64,000 bases of DNA from an uncultured bacterium (GTDB lineage Bacteria; Verrucomicrobiota; Kiritimatiellia; RFP12; UBA1067): the NCBI GenBank assembly GCA_902770045.1, contig CACXRO010000010.1, positions 25,857 to 89,856 of the forward strand, read 5' to 3'. A model generated the notes under the pieces. That model searched no databases. It was given only the letters and a program-made list of their open reading frames with translations, and was not told where the DNA came from. Made by a program: the position numbers and the translations under genes. This document shows, one piece after another, positions 1-9,856 of this stretch (positions are counted from its first letter, which is position 1; every line of letters starts with the position of its first letter).

Positions 1-1
1 C

Positions 2-58
2 GAGGACGAGGCCGAGCGCCTCCGCGAAGAGCTGCGCAAGTTGACGGATGAAGTTTGA
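2..58 (+). CDS. 3' end of an upstream gene, product unknown (partial)
   Basis: Frame 2 reads ...EDEAERLREELRKLTDEV and ends at TGA 56-58. It is truncated by the window edge. Confidence 0.3.
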   Translation, partial: EDEAERLREELRKLTDEV

Positions 59-76
59 CGGCAGATGGCGGCAGTA

Positions 77-85
77 TGGTATAAT
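77..85 (+). promoter_or_regulatory. extended -10 promoter element TGGTATAAT
   Basis: TGGTATAAT lies 19 nt upstream of ATG 104. A GAGGAG ribosome-binding site sits in between. Confidence 0.5.
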
Positions 86-103
86 CTGGTGAGGAGAAAC
101 ATT

Positions 104-1552
104 ATGATAACAAAGAGTGAATTGGAAAAACTGCTTGCTTCCACGGAGACGTACCGTGTCGAACGAACCAAGTCCACGACGGACAAGGACAAGTTCGGCG
201 AGGCTGTCTGCGCGTTCGCGAACGACATGCCAGACTGTGGCAAGCCGGGTTATCTCTTTATTGGCGTTGACAATGATGGGCATCCATGTGGAATGAAGGC
301 GACGGACGAGCTTCTGCAGAAGTTTGCGGCCATACGATCTGACGGGAACATATTGCCGATTCCGACGATTTCGGTTGACTCGTTCTCCCTGCCGGGCGGC
401 GATGTGATTGCCGTGGAAGTGTTGCCGTCCGATCAACCGCCGGTCAGATATCGCGGGCGCACATGGATTCGCATAGGGCCGCGCCGGGATATCGCTTCGC
501 CCGCAGAAGAGACAATCCTTGCCGAGCGCAAGGCGCGGAATTTTACGACATTCGATGCCCGGCCATGCTTTGGCGCTTCGCTTGATGATATCGACCTCGA
601 CCTCTTCCTTCACGATTATCTGCCCAAGGCCGTGGACGCGGAAATCCTTGCTGCCGATGACCGTCCAATTGAACGCAAAATGGAATCCCTCAGGTTCTTC
701 AACAGCGCGTATGGCCTGCCCACAAACGCTGCCGTCTTGCTCTTTGGCAAAGACCCTCGCCGATTCTTCCCTGGCGCATACGTCCAATATGTAAGCTTCG
801 GCGGGCGCGACAAGGCGGCTACCATCCTGAACGAGCATCCTTTCAATGGGCCAGTTGTTCGAATGCTCGCGCAGATAGACCTCTTCATTGAAACGACCAT
901 TGCGCGGAAGCGCCCCGTATTCGTGACCGCATTGCGGGAAGAGACCCGCACCGACTATCCCAAAGGCGCGATACGCGAACTTGTGATGAACGCCATCATG
1001 CACCGCGACTACCAGGGTAATGCGCCGATTCACTTCTACCAGTATGCGGATCGTCTCGAAATCGTCAATCATGGCGGGCTCTATGGACGGGCGAGGCCCG
1101 AGAACTTCCCGAACGTCAGCGACTATCGCAACCCGATAATCGCCGAAGCCATGAAGGTGCTTGGCTACGTCAACTGCTACAATCGCGGCATCAACATGGT
1201 GCAGGACGAGCTTGAGGCAAACGGCAATGGCAAGGCGGAGTTCTCGTTCAGATTGATTACGGCGTTTGAAGCCAAAGTTGCCAAGGCTGGGCAACAGCAG
1301 GAACTTGACCAGTTCAAACAGGATAGTAGCATGAAAAGTAGCATGAAAAGTAGCATGAAAAGTGATGATCGGCTACTGCTTGTGCTGAAAGATGATCCAA
1401 CTATGTCCTTGCCCAAAATGGCCGAAGCGATTGGTTTGTCTGTTGCAGGAGTGCGCAAGGTGCTGGACAAATTGAGAGCGACTGGGCGTATCCGTCGTAT
1501 TGGCCCAGACAAGGGCGGCCGTTGGGAAGTTGTAAACGGCGAAGGGAAGTAG
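104..1552 (+). CDS. putative DNA-binding/ATP-binding regulator (AlbA_2/Schlafen-like N-terminal domain, HATPase_c_4-like core, C-terminal winged HTH)
   Basis: The N terminus ITKSELEKLL..ETYRVERTKS resembles the AlbA_2 (divergent AAA) domain. The C terminus LSVAGVRKVLDKLRATGRIRRIG looks like a winged helix. The ORF-track start at 65 overlaps the -10 element, so ATG 104 is preferred. Confidence 0.55.
   Translation: MITKSELEKLLASTETYRVERTKSTTDKDKFGEAVCAFANDMPDCGKPGYLFIGVDNDGHPCGMKATDELLQKFAAIRSDGNILPIPTISVDSFSLPGGDVIAVEVLPSDQPPVRYRGRTWIRIGPRRDIASPAEETILAERKARNFTTFDARPCFGASLDDIDLDLFLHDYLPKAVDAEILAADDRPIERKMESLRFFNSAYGLPTNAAVLLFGKDPRRFFPGAYVQYVSFGGRDKAATILNEHPFNGPVVRMLAQIDLFIETTIARKRPVFVTALREETRTDYPKGAIRELVMNAIMHRDYQGNAPIHFYQYADRLEIVNHGGLYGRARPENFPNVSDYRNPIIAEAMKVLGYVNCYNRGINMVQDELEANGNGKAEFSFRLITAFEAKVAKAGQQQELDQFKQDSSMKSSMKSSMKSDDRLLLVLKDDPTMSLPKMAEAIGLSVAGVRKVLDKLRATGRIRRIGPDKGGRWEVVNGEGK
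1325..1360 (+). repeat. in-frame 12-nt tandem repeat (AGTAGCATGAAA x3) encoding SMKSSMKSSMKS
   Basis: Three perfect tandem copies lie in a linker just before the C-terminal HTH. Confidence 0.9.
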
Positions 1553-1580
1553 TGGATGACGGCTAAACTCCAGATGTGAA

Positions 1581-1597
1581 GTTGAAAGGTTGAAAGG
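1581..1597 (+). repeat. 2 copies of the GTTGAAAG octamer
   Basis: gttgaaaggttgaaagg sits directly after the stop of gene 1. It is the same unit as the array at 9845-9964. Confidence 0.8.
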
Positions 1598-1661
1598 CCG
1601 CGGCAGTTTGCGCGGCGGATTGGAGATCCGGGCGGGGCGTAGGACAAGGCCGCGCCGGTTA

Positions 1662-1670
1662 TGCTATAAT
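1662..1670 (+). promoter_or_regulatory. extended -10 (TGCTATAATACAC) for dnaE, leaderless
   Basis: The TATAAT hexamer is at 1665-1670 and ATG is at 1679, a gap of 8 nt, so the transcription start site falls about on the start codon. Confidence 0.55.
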
Positions 1671-1678
1671 ACACGCAC

Positions 1679-4600
1679 ATGGCCGAGTTCGTACATCTAC
1701 ACCTTCATACCACCTATTCGCTGCTCGACGGGCAGTGCCAGATCGTGCCGCTCGTGAAGAAGGCGCGGCGGCTGGGCATGAAGGCGCTTGCCGTCACCGA
1801 CCACGGCAACCTGTTCGCGCTCAAGAGCTTCTACGACGAGTGCCGGTCGAAGAAGGACAAGGTCTACGGCGAGCTCGCCGGCGCCACGGTCAAGCCCATC
1901 CTCGGCTGCGAGGCCTACGTCACCTCCACCGGCGACTACCTCAGCCGCGACAAGGGCGAGTTCCGCCACCACCTCTGCCTGCACGCGAAGAACCTGACCG
2001 GCTACCACAACCTCGTCAAGCTGATCTCCGAGGCCAGCGTCAACGGCTTCTACAACCGCCCGCGCATCGACAAGAGGCTCCTCGAGCGCTACCACGAGGG
2101 GCTGATGTGCTCCTCGGCCTGCATCGCCGGCGAGGTGGCGCAGGCGATCGCCGCGGACGACATGGCCGCCGCGGAAAGTGCCGCGGCCTGGTACCGCGAC
2201 CTCTTCGGCGACGACTACTCGCTCGAGGTGATGCTCCACAAGGCGGCGAAGTCCGGTCCGGACGTGCCCGCCTCGGCGCAGCTCGAGTTCACCGACCTCT
2301 ACGCGCGCCAGCTCAAGGTGGTCAAGGGCGCGCTGGAGCTGGGGAAGAGGCTCGGGATCCGCGTTATCGCCACCAACGACGTCCACTTCCTCGACGCGGA
2401 GGACGACGACTCCCACGACGTCCTTCTGGCGCTCTCTACCGGCAAGAAGCTATCGGACGAGAAGCGCCTGGTCTACACCGGCCAGGAGTACCTCAAGACG
2501 GCGGACGAGATGGCGGCGCTGTTCGCCGAGTGTCCGGAGGTGGTGGCGAACACGCTCGAGGTGGCCGAGCGGGTCGAAGAGTACAGGCTCGACGGCCCGC
2601 CGATCGTGCCGAAGTTCGCGATTCCGCCGTCCTTCGGCAGCGAAGCCGACTACGCGAAGCGGTTCGGCGCGGACGCGCTGAAGGCCGAGTTCGACGAGGA
2701 CAAGGCGGGCAACTTCGAGCGGCTCGGCGGCTACGACAAGGTGCTGCGGGTGAAGTTCGAGGCGGACTACCTCGCCTCGCTCGTCTGGGCCGGCGCGGCG
2801 AAGCGCTGGGGCGACCCGCTGCCGGACGACATCCGCGCGCGGCTCGAGTTCGAGCTCAGGACGATCAAGCTGATGGGCTTTCCCGGCTACTTCCTCATCG
2901 TCTGCGACTACATCCGCGCCGCGCGCGAGGAGTGCGGGGTGTGGGTGGGCCCGGGGCGCGGCTCGGCGGCCGGCTCGGCGGTCGCCTACGCGCTCTGGAT
3001 CACCAACGTCGACCCGCTCAAGTACGACCTCCTCTTCGAGCGGTTCCTCAACCCCGACCGCATCTCCATGCCCGACATCGACGTCGACTTCGACGACGCC
3101 GGGCGCGAGCGCGTGCTCGACTACGTGACGCGCCGCTACGGGGCCGACCACGTCGCCCACATCGTCACCTTCGGGCAGATGGCGGCGAAGAGCGCGATCA
3201 AGGACGTCGGGCGGGTGATGGGCTACGACCTCGCCGCCACCAACAAGCTCGCCTCCTACGTCCCCGACACCCCCAAGATCACCTTCAAGGCGGCGACGAG
3301 CCCTACCGACAAGCACGGCGAGGCCAACAAGGACTACTCGCCCGACCTGGTGGACGCCTTCAACAGCACCGACACGACGGTGCACTCGCTCATGGCGCGC
3401 GCCGCCCGGCTCGAGGGCTGCATACGCCAGCCCGGCGTGCACGCCTGCGGCGTCATCATCTCGCGCGACCCGATCGTCGAGACCCTGCCGGTGATGCAGA
3501 CGCCGGAGAAGGGCGGGAAGAAGAAGCCCGACGGCGAGGGCGCCGCAGGCGGCGACAAGCTGCTCACCACCCAGTACGACGGCCATTTCGTGGAGCCGGT
3601 GGGGCTCCTCAAGATGGACTTCCTCGGGCTCAAGACGCTCACGGTAGAGAAGGAGTGCGTCGCGCTGCTGGGCAAGGACAGCCCGCGCGTCCCGAAGGCG
3701 ATCCGCGGCGCCGACGGTTTCCTCGACCCGGACAGGATTCCGGACGACGACCGCGAGACCTACGAGCTCTTCGGCCGCGGCGAGACGACCGGCCTTTTCC
3801 AGTTCGAGTCGCCGGGCATGAAGAAGTGGCTCCGGGCGCTCCAGCCCGAGCGGCTCTCCGACCTCGTGGCCATGAACGCGCTCTACCGCCCCGGCCCGAT
3901 GGAGTACATCCCCGACTTCGTCGACCGCAAGCAGGGCCGCAAGGAGGTGGCATACGACCATCCGCTGATGGAGCAGCGGCTCAAGGACACCTACGGCATC
4001 ACCGTCTACCAGGAGCAGGTGATGCTGCTCTCGCGCGACCTCGCCGGATTCTCCCGCGGCGACTCCGACATGCTGCGCAAGGCGATGGGCAAGAAGCTCA
4101 TCGACGTGATGAACGAGCTGAAGGCGAAGTTCGTCAAGGGCTGCATGGCGAACAAGGCGTTCCGCGTCGGCGAGTGGGAGGACGAGGCGGCGGCGATGCG
4201 CCTCGTGGAGAAGATCTGGAGCGACTGGGAGGCGTTCGCGTCCTACGCGTTCAACAAGTCCCACTCCGTCTGCTACGCGTGGATCGCCTACCAGACCGGC
4301 TACCTCAAGGCGCACTACCCGGCCGAGTTCATGTGCGCGCAGATCTCGTCCGAAATCGGCAACTTCGACAAGCTCCCCGGCTTCGTCGCCGAGGCGCAGG
4401 AGATCGGGCTCGCGCTGAAGCTCCCGGACGTCAACGAGTCCGGCGCGCGGTTCACCCCGACCCGCGACGCGCGCGGCATCCGCTACGGCCTCGGCGGCAT
4501 CAAGGGCGTCGGCGCGGCGGCGGCCGAGGCGATCGTCGCCGAGCGCGAGGCGAACGGCCCCTACACCGGGTTCATGGACTTCTGCATGCGCCTCGCTGGC

Positions 4601-5893
4601 CTCAACCTCGTCAACCGCCGCGTGCTCGAGAACCTGGTGCGCACGGGCGCGTTCTCCACCCTTGAACCCAACCGCGCGAAGCTCTTCGGCAACATCGAGT
4701 TCGCACTCAAGAAGTCCCAGCTCCACGCCAAGGAGAGCGCAAGCGCGCAGACGAACTTCTTCGACCTCATGGCCGACGGCGGCAAGGAGGTGGCGGACGA
4801 CTCATGCCTCGCCGACATCCCGCCCTGGGCGCCGGCCGAGGACCTCAAGAACGAGCGCGACTTACTCGGCGTCTACATCTCCGGCAACCCGCTCGCGTGC
4901 TGCGCCGAGCTGCTCCGGGAGGCGTCGGCGATGCGGGTCGACCGCAAGGACGCCGAGACGGTGCCGTTCGACTTCTCGATGATCGAGCGCAGGAAGGAGC
5001 CTGCGGAGGAGACGGACGAGGCCGAGGGCGCGGACGACGAGACCGTCGGCGATGGCGAGGCGGACGGCGAGGACGCGGCGGAGGCGGAGGCGCGCGAGGA
5101 GCGGCAGGACGTCGAGTCGCTCCTCCGCACCGGCGAGGAGAAGGACTGGATCCTCAAGGGCCTCGCGCGCGCCGCGCTCAGGGCGAAGGGCGGAGTGAAC
5201 TGGTCCGACCGGGACGCCGTCAACAAGGCGGTGGCGAAGCTCAAGCCCGTGATCAAGGCGGCCGCCGACAAGACGCTCCTCAAGAAGATCGACGTCCGGG
5301 CGGTGGGGATCCTCGAGCAGTGCTTCGTGAAGACGCCGAAGCCGCGTCCCGACGGCAGCGTGGGCGCGAAGTGGGCGGTGCTCGCGCTTGACGACGGCCG
5401 CGGCCGCGCGGAGGGCGCGGCGTTCGCCAAGGTATGGACGCAGTGCGCCGGCCTCGAGCAGAAGAAGGACCAGCTGGTGATGGTGACGGGCGAGATCGCC
5501 CACAAGGCGGTCTACGCGAAGGACGACGTCCGCCGCGAGCATCCCCAGATTGGCGACCTTTCCTTCACCATCAAGGAGGCGATGCCGCTCGAGGACGCGA
5601 TGCCGATGGTGTCGAAGGGGCTGACGGTGCGGCTCGACAGCTCCGACCCCGACACGCCGCGCCGTGCCGCGGCGCTGAACGAGGCCGTCGCGAAGAGCCC
5701 CGGCCTGCTGCCGGTCCGCATCGAGCTCGATCACGAGGGGCGCACGGTTGAGGTAGAGCTCCGCGGCCGCGCGGCGGTCACGCTCTCCTTCCTCTCCGAG
5801 CTCGACAAGGCCGTCGGCCAGGGCTGCATCTCCTTCGGACTCTCGGACGAGCTGACGATCACGCCCCGGGAGCCGATGCCCTGGGAGGCGTAG
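1679..5893 (+). CDS. dnaE: DNA polymerase III alpha subunit
   Basis: N-terminal PHP domain (HLHLHTTYSLLDG, AVTDHGNLF), polymerase core and OB fold are present. A long acidic low-complexity insertion sits near the C terminus. Confidence 0.95.
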   Translation: MAEFVHLHLHTTYSLLDGQCQIVPLVKKARRLGMKALAVTDHGNLFALKSFYDECRSKKDKVYGELAGATVKPILGCEAYVTSTGDYLSRDKGEFRHHLCLHAKNLTGYHNLVKLISEASVNGFYNRPRIDKRLLERYHEGLMCSSACIAGEVAQAIAADDMAAAESAAAWYRDLFGDDYSLEVMLHKAAKSGPDVPASAQLEFTDLYARQLKVVKGALELGKRLGIRVIATNDVHFLDAEDDDSHDVLLALSTGKKLSDEKRLVYTGQEYLKTADEMAALFAECPEVVANTLEVAERVEEYRLDGPPIVPKFAIPPSFGSEADYAKRFGADALKAEFDEDKAGNFERLGGYDKVLRVKFEADYLASLVWAGAAKRWGDPLPDDIRARLEFELRTIKLMGFPGYFLIVCDYIRAAREECGVWVGPGRGSAAGSAVAYALWITNVDPLKYDLLFERFLNPDRISMPDIDVDFDDAGRERVLDYVTRRYGADHVAHIVTFGQMAAKSAIKDVGRVMGYDLAATNKLASYVPDTPKITFKAATSPTDKHGEANKDYSPDLVDAFNSTDTTVHSLMARAARLEGCIRQPGVHACGVIISRDPIVETLPVMQTPEKGGKKKPDGEGAAGGDKLLTTQYDGHFVEPVGLLKMDFLGLKTLTVEKECVALLGKDSPRVPKAIRGADGFLDPDRIPDDDRETYELFGRGETTGLFQFESPGMKKWLRALQPERLSDLVAMNALYRPGPMEYIPDFVDRKQGRKEVAYDHPLMEQRLKDTYGITVYQEQVMLLSRDLAGFSRGDSDMLRKAMGKKLIDVMNELKAKFVKGCMANKAFRVGEWEDEAAAMRLVEKIWSDWEAFASYAFNKSHSVCYAWIAYQTGYLKAHYPAEFMCAQISSEIGNFDKLPGFVAEAQEIGLALKLPDVNESGARFTPTRDARGIRYGLGGIKGVGAAAAEAIVAEREANGPYTGFMDFCMRLAGLNLVNRRVLENLVRTGAFSTLEPNRAKLFGNIEFALKKSQLHAKESASAQTNFFDLMADGGKEVADDSCLADIPPWAPAEDLKNERDLLGVYISGNPLACCAELLREASAMRVDRKDAETVPFDFSMIERRKEPAEETDEAEGADDETVGDGEADGEDAAEAEAREERQDVESLLRTGEEKDWILKGLARAALRAKGGVNWSDRDAVNKAVAKLKPVIKAAADKTLLKKIDVRAVGILEQCFVKTPKPRPDGSVGAKWAVLALDDGRGRAEGAAFAKVWTQCAGLEQKKDQLVMVTGEIAHKAVYAKDDVRREHPQIGDLSFTIKEAMPLEDAMPMVSKGLTVRLDSSDPDTPRRAAALNEAVAKSPGLLPVRIELDHEGRTVEVELRGRAAVTLSFLSELDKAVGQGCISFGLSDELTITPREPMPWEA

Positions 5894-5933
5894 GGATGGC
5901 GATTTAAAAAAAACAAAAAAGAAAGGAATGAAC

Positions 5934-8042
5934 ATGGACAACAAGACACTGGGTGCGGCGGTGCTGGCCGCGCTTGCCGCCGCAGGCGGATGCACTACGG
6001 CGGTGGAGGAGCCGCCGCCCGCGCCGGCGAAGATCACCCTCCACCTGAACGCCAAGCCGATCCGCGACGTCTCGGCGTCGTCGTGCGCGCCGGTGCTCGG
6101 CTACGCCGGCGGCGGCGTGGGCGGCGGCGAGGACGCGAAGTGGCTCTTCGAGACCCATCGCGCCGAGGCTGCGCGGCTGTTCCGGCAGTGCGGCGCCAGG
6201 TTCGTCCGCCAGTGGAGCGCCAACCGCCAGTGGCAGATCGGCGCCGGCGCGCTGATGGTCAAGGACAAGAAGACCGGCAAGATGAAGAACCGCTTCGCGG
6301 AGCGGACGACCGACATGAAGAACGCCTTCTCCTTCTACAAGGAGTACGGCATCAAGGTGATTCTGACGCTCGAGAACTACGGGGCGCTCACCAACCTGGA
6401 GACGGGAGCCGGCACTTCCGACATCGGCGTCATCAAGCAGCACATCTGCGACTACGTGCAGTGGATCGTCGACAACGGATTCGAGGAGGTGGTCGCCGGC
6501 TTCGAGCTCGGCAACGAGCCGTACTGGGCCGGCCGCTCGATGTACGACAACGAGTTCAACACCCCCGAGAACTTCGCCGCCAGGTGGTGCGAGATCGTCC
6601 CCGAGATCAAGCGGATCTTCCCCAAGTGCGAGATCGGCATGCCGCTCGCCGAGTACTTCAGCGCCGACCCGGACATCGCCGCGGTGCGCGCCCGCACCGA
6701 GCAGGCCGAGAAGCTCGAGGCGAAGGGATATTTCGACGCCAGCTGCATGAACCAGTGGTCGGCGCGCTTCATCAAGGCGATGGCCCCGCAGATCCACAAC
6801 GTCAGCCACGTCATCTACCACACCTACGGCGCGGACGCCCCGTTCTCCGCCACTTACTGGGGGCTGCGGCGCTACCGCCGCTTCACCGAGGCGTTCCCCG
6901 AGCTCAAGGGCAAGAAGTTCTGGATCACCGAGTGGCGCGACCGGTCCGACGAGGAGGTGCCGTCGCACCAGCGCTTCCGCGAGACGCTGAACAAGTCCGC
7001 CTTCATGCTGATGATGGTCGCCCACCCCGACGTGGACGGCATGAACCTCCACGAGTTCCGCTGCCAGACCGGCTCGCTGATGTGGTCCAACTGGAACCCG
7101 AAGACCAAGACCGGCAGCTGGCAGGTGCAGTGGATGAACGGCGGGCCGGACCGCCCCGACTTCGAGTCCGCCGGCGAGAGCCGCGCCGTCGTCGGCAGCA
7201 TGGGCCCGGCGATGCAGCTGATGGTGGAGTCGCTCCTGCGCTATCCGGTGGTGATGGACTTCGGCAGCGCCAACTACGGCGCGTTCTCGGCGGGCGCGTC
7301 GAACGCGGTCTGGGCATGCTCCGACTACTACGCGAGCGTCCTCGACCACCGCCTCGGCATCCGCAAGGGGCTCGCCACCGCCGACCTCCCGAAGGTCAAG
7401 GGCGACTGCGAGTACCTCGTGACCCGTTCCAAAGACAAGGGCATCTGGGCGGTCCTCTGCGTGAACATGAACCCGCACGACGTCGAGTTCGACTTCGAAT
7501 TCGACGGCTGGTGCACCCCGGGCGCGCCGGACATCCGCTCCACCTTCTGCGACGAGGCGTATGCCGACGCGCACGAGATCGCCGGCTTCGGCCGCCTCTC
7601 GCGCGAGTTCGCCTACCAGCCTTTCGCGATGGGCGTCGGCAAGTACCGGGTGCGCATCCCGGGCAACTCGGTGACCACCGTCACCATCCCCGTGCGCCCG
7701 ACCTATAAGGGCAACGCGGCCGCGGCGATCCTGCGCGCGGCGGTGATCCGCGACGTGCCGTTCCCGCCGCGGCCCGCCTGCGGCGCCGACCAGTCGCCGG
7801 ACGACTTCCACTACTTCGGAAAGTATGACCGCTACGCGAAGCTGACCGTGACCGAGAATGGCAGGAAGACCTGCGACGCAAAGATCGGCCGGCACCTCGA
7901 CGGCGTGGAGCTCAAGACGCTGAAGGCGTCCGACCCTGAGCGCAAGCTCGAGCTGGTGCTGGAGACCGACATCCAGGACCCGGAGATCTTCGCCAAGCTC
8001 AAGGCCGACATCGCCAGATTCTATGAAGTCGAACTCAAATAG
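5934..8042 (+). CDS. lipoprotein glycoside hydrolase, clan GH-A-like (GH5/GH39-like TIM barrel)
   Basis: Signal peptide with lipobox LAAAGGC. GFELGNEPYW fits the acid/base motif and WITEW fits a nucleophile motif. ATG 5934 is preferred over 5928 because of the spacing to the AAAGGA ribosome-binding site. Confidence 0.5.
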   Translation: MDNKTLGAAVLAALAAAGGCTTAVEEPPPAPAKITLHLNAKPIRDVSASSCAPVLGYAGGGVGGGEDAKWLFETHRAEAARLFRQCGARFVRQWSANRQWQIGAGALMVKDKKTGKMKNRFAERTTDMKNAFSFYKEYGIKVILTLENYGALTNLETGAGTSDIGVIKQHICDYVQWIVDNGFEEVVAGFELGNEPYWAGRSMYDNEFNTPENFAARWCEIVPEIKRIFPKCEIGMPLAEYFSADPDIAAVRARTEQAEKLEAKGYFDASCMNQWSARFIKAMAPQIHNVSHVIYHTYGADAPFSATYWGLRRYRRFTEAFPELKGKKFWITEWRDRSDEEVPSHQRFRETLNKSAFMLMMVAHPDVDGMNLHEFRCQTGSLMWSNWNPKTKTGSWQVQWMNGGPDRPDFESAGESRAVVGSMGPAMQLMVESLLRYPVVMDFGSANYGAFSAGASNAVWACSDYYASVLDHRLGIRKGLATADLPKVKGDCEYLVTRSKDKGIWAVLCVNMNPHDVEFDFEFDGWCTPGAPDIRSTFCDEAYADAHEIAGFGRLSREFAYQPFAMGVGKYRVRIPGNSVTTVTIPVRPTYKGNAAAAILRAAVIRDVPFPPRPACGADQSPDDFHYFGKYDRYAKLTVTENGRKTCDAKIGRHLDGVELKTLKASDPERKLELVLETDIQDPEIFAKLKADIARFYEVELK

Positions 8043-8874
8043 CCCCGCGTCCGTCGCGCCATGCTGCCTGACCATCGCCGGCAGCGATTCCGGCGGCAAC
8101 GCCGGCGTCCAGGCCGACCTGCGCGCGTTCCACGCCTACGGCCTCCACGGCTGCACCGTGTTCGCCGCGCTGACCGCGCAGAACCCGTCCGGCGTAAGCG
8201 CCGCGATGGCGGTGCCGGCCGACTTCGTCGCCGCGCAGCTCGACGCGGTGCTGGGCGTCTACTCTATCCGTGCGCTGAAGACCGGCATGCTTGCCGACGT
8301 CGCCGCGATCGAGGCGATCGCCGCGCGGATCGGGGCGCATCCCGAGATCGCCAAGGTGGTCGACCCGGTGATGATCGCCACCAGCGGCGCGCGGCTCGTC
8401 TCCGAGGACGCGGTGGAGTCGATCAAGCGGCGGCTCCTGCCGCTCGCGACAATCGCCACCCCCAACCTGCCCGAGGCGGAGGCGCTGTGCGGGCTCGACC
8501 CTGCGGACGGCGCCCGCGCCGCCGACGCCGCCCACGCGGCGGAACTGGCGCGGGAGATCTGCGGCCGCTACGGCTGCGCGACGCTGGTGAAGGGCGGCCA
8601 CGGCTCCGGCCAGGCGGCGGTGGACGTGCTCTGCACGCGCGCGCCCGACGGCTCGTTTGCCATTCGCGAGTTTCCGCTTCCGTGGATAGAGAATCCCGTC
8701 TCGACCCACGGCACCGGATGCACGCTGGCCGCGGCACTCGCGGCGGAACTGGCGCTCGGGCGAGGAATCGAGGCGGCGGTCGCTGGCGCGAAGGAGCACG
8801 TCCACCGCGCCATTGCGGGCTCGTATCTGGTCGGGGACGACTGCGGAGTGCTGGGCTTCGCGCCGATGGTCTGA
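8023..8874 (+). CDS. thiD: hydroxymethylpyrimidine/phosphomethylpyrimidine kinase
   Basis: CCLTIAGSDSGGNAGVQADL and the ribokinase-like fold motifs are present. The start overlaps the end of the upstream gene. Confidence 0.85.
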   Translation: MKSNSNSPASVAPCCLTIAGSDSGGNAGVQADLRAFHAYGLHGCTVFAALTAQNPSGVSAAMAVPADFVAAQLDAVLGVYSIRALKTGMLADVAAIEAIAARIGAHPEIAKVVDPVMIATSGARLVSEDAVESIKRRLLPLATIATPNLPEAEALCGLDPADGARAADAAHAAELAREICGRYGCATLVKGGHGSGQAAVDVLCTRAPDGSFAIREFPLPWIENPVSTHGTGCTLAAALAAELALGRGIEAAVAGAKEHVHRAIAGSYLVGDDCGVLGFAPMV

Positions 8875-8888
8875 CGAGGAGTAAGCGG

Positions 8889-9191
8889 ATGGCGTATTAC
8901 AGCGAGACGGCGGAGGGAGTGGTGTTGAACGTGCGGGCGCAGCCGCGTTCGTCGCGTAGCGGCGTCGACGGCGTCGTCGGCGACGCGCTCAAGGTGCGGA
9001 TCCGCTCGGCGCCGGTCGACGGCAAGGCGAACAAGGAGCTGGTGGAGACGCTGGCGGACGCCTTCTCGCTGCCGAAGAGCCGGGTGAGCTTTGCCGGCGG
9101 CGAGACTTCGAAGAACAAGCGCATCCTGCTCGCGGGGCTTGGCGCGGCGGAACTGCGCGCGGCGGAGGAAGGCGGATGGAAGGGGAGATGA
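8889..9191 (+). CDS. DUF167 (YggU) family protein
   Basis: MAYYSETAEGVVLNVRAQPRSSRSG..DALKVRIRSAPVDGKANKELVETLA matches the YggU/UPF0235 signature. It is the C-terminal part of ORF-track entry 8061-9191. Confidence 0.75.
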   Translation: MAYYSETAEGVVLNVRAQPRSSRSGVDGVVGDALKVRIRSAPVDGKANKELVETLADAFSLPKSRVSFAGGETSKNKRILLAGLGAAELRAAEEGGWKGR

Positions 9192-9856
9192 CGATCGGTG
9201 AATTTGCCGCGGAGCTTCGCCGCGGCGCGCGCGCGGTGCTGCAGGTGCGCCACGCGGAGCGTCCGAAGATCGACCACGACGACCCCACCTTCGGCGACAG
9301 GCTGCCGATTACCGAGGCGGGCATGGCCACCGCGCTCCGCTTCGGCACCATGCTCGCGGAGTTCAAAGACGACGTCACCTTCGTTTCCAGTCCGCTCCGG
9401 CGCACCCGGATGACCGCCGCGGCGATTGCGGAGGGGATGGGGGTTAAGTCGCCGGCGATCCCGGTCGACGAGCTCTTGGGCAACGGGTCGTTCTACTACG
9501 ACGATCCGCTCATTGTGCTGAAGGTGTTCAAGGAGCGGGACTTCTTCGAGGCGTGCTGCGAATACTACGCGACCGGGAATCTCCCCGGCTTTCGTCCGCT
9601 CGCCGCCTCGGCGGACAGATGCGAGCGCTGGCTGCTGGAGCGGCTGGAGCGGCGGCTTCTGATCGCCTCGACCCACGACTGCTACATCGCGGCGCTGCTT
9701 GCCGCGCGCGGCGCGATTCCGCAGTTCTCCCGCGCGAACTGGCCGCGCTTCCTCGATTCCGCCGCGATCCTCGTCTACCCCGACGGCTCGCGCCGCTACG
9801 CGCTCGTCCGCGCCGGCCTCTCCGACGGCATCTGCGGCGTTGCCGTTGAAAGTTGA
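9176..9856 (+). CDS. histidine phosphatase family protein (phosphoglycerate mutase-like)
   Basis: RHAERP is a variant of the RHG motif, and a downstream catalytic His lies in STHDCYIAALL. Confidence 0.55.
   Translation: MEGEMTIGEFAAELRRGARAVLQVRHAERPKIDHDDPTFGDRLPITEAGMATALRFGTMLAEFKDDVTFVSSPLRRTRMTAAAIAEGMGVKSPAIPVDELLGNGSFYYDDPLIVLKVFKERDFFEACCEYYATGNLPGFRPLAASADRCERWLLERLERRLLIASTHDCYIAALLAARGAIPQFSRANWPRFLDSAAILVYPDGSRRYALVRAGLSDGICGVAVES

Noticed and set aside
7900-8042. TPP riboswitch upstream of thiD
   Set aside because: The thiD start overlaps the end of the upstream glycoside hydrolase gene, so there is no untranslated region to hold a riboswitch.
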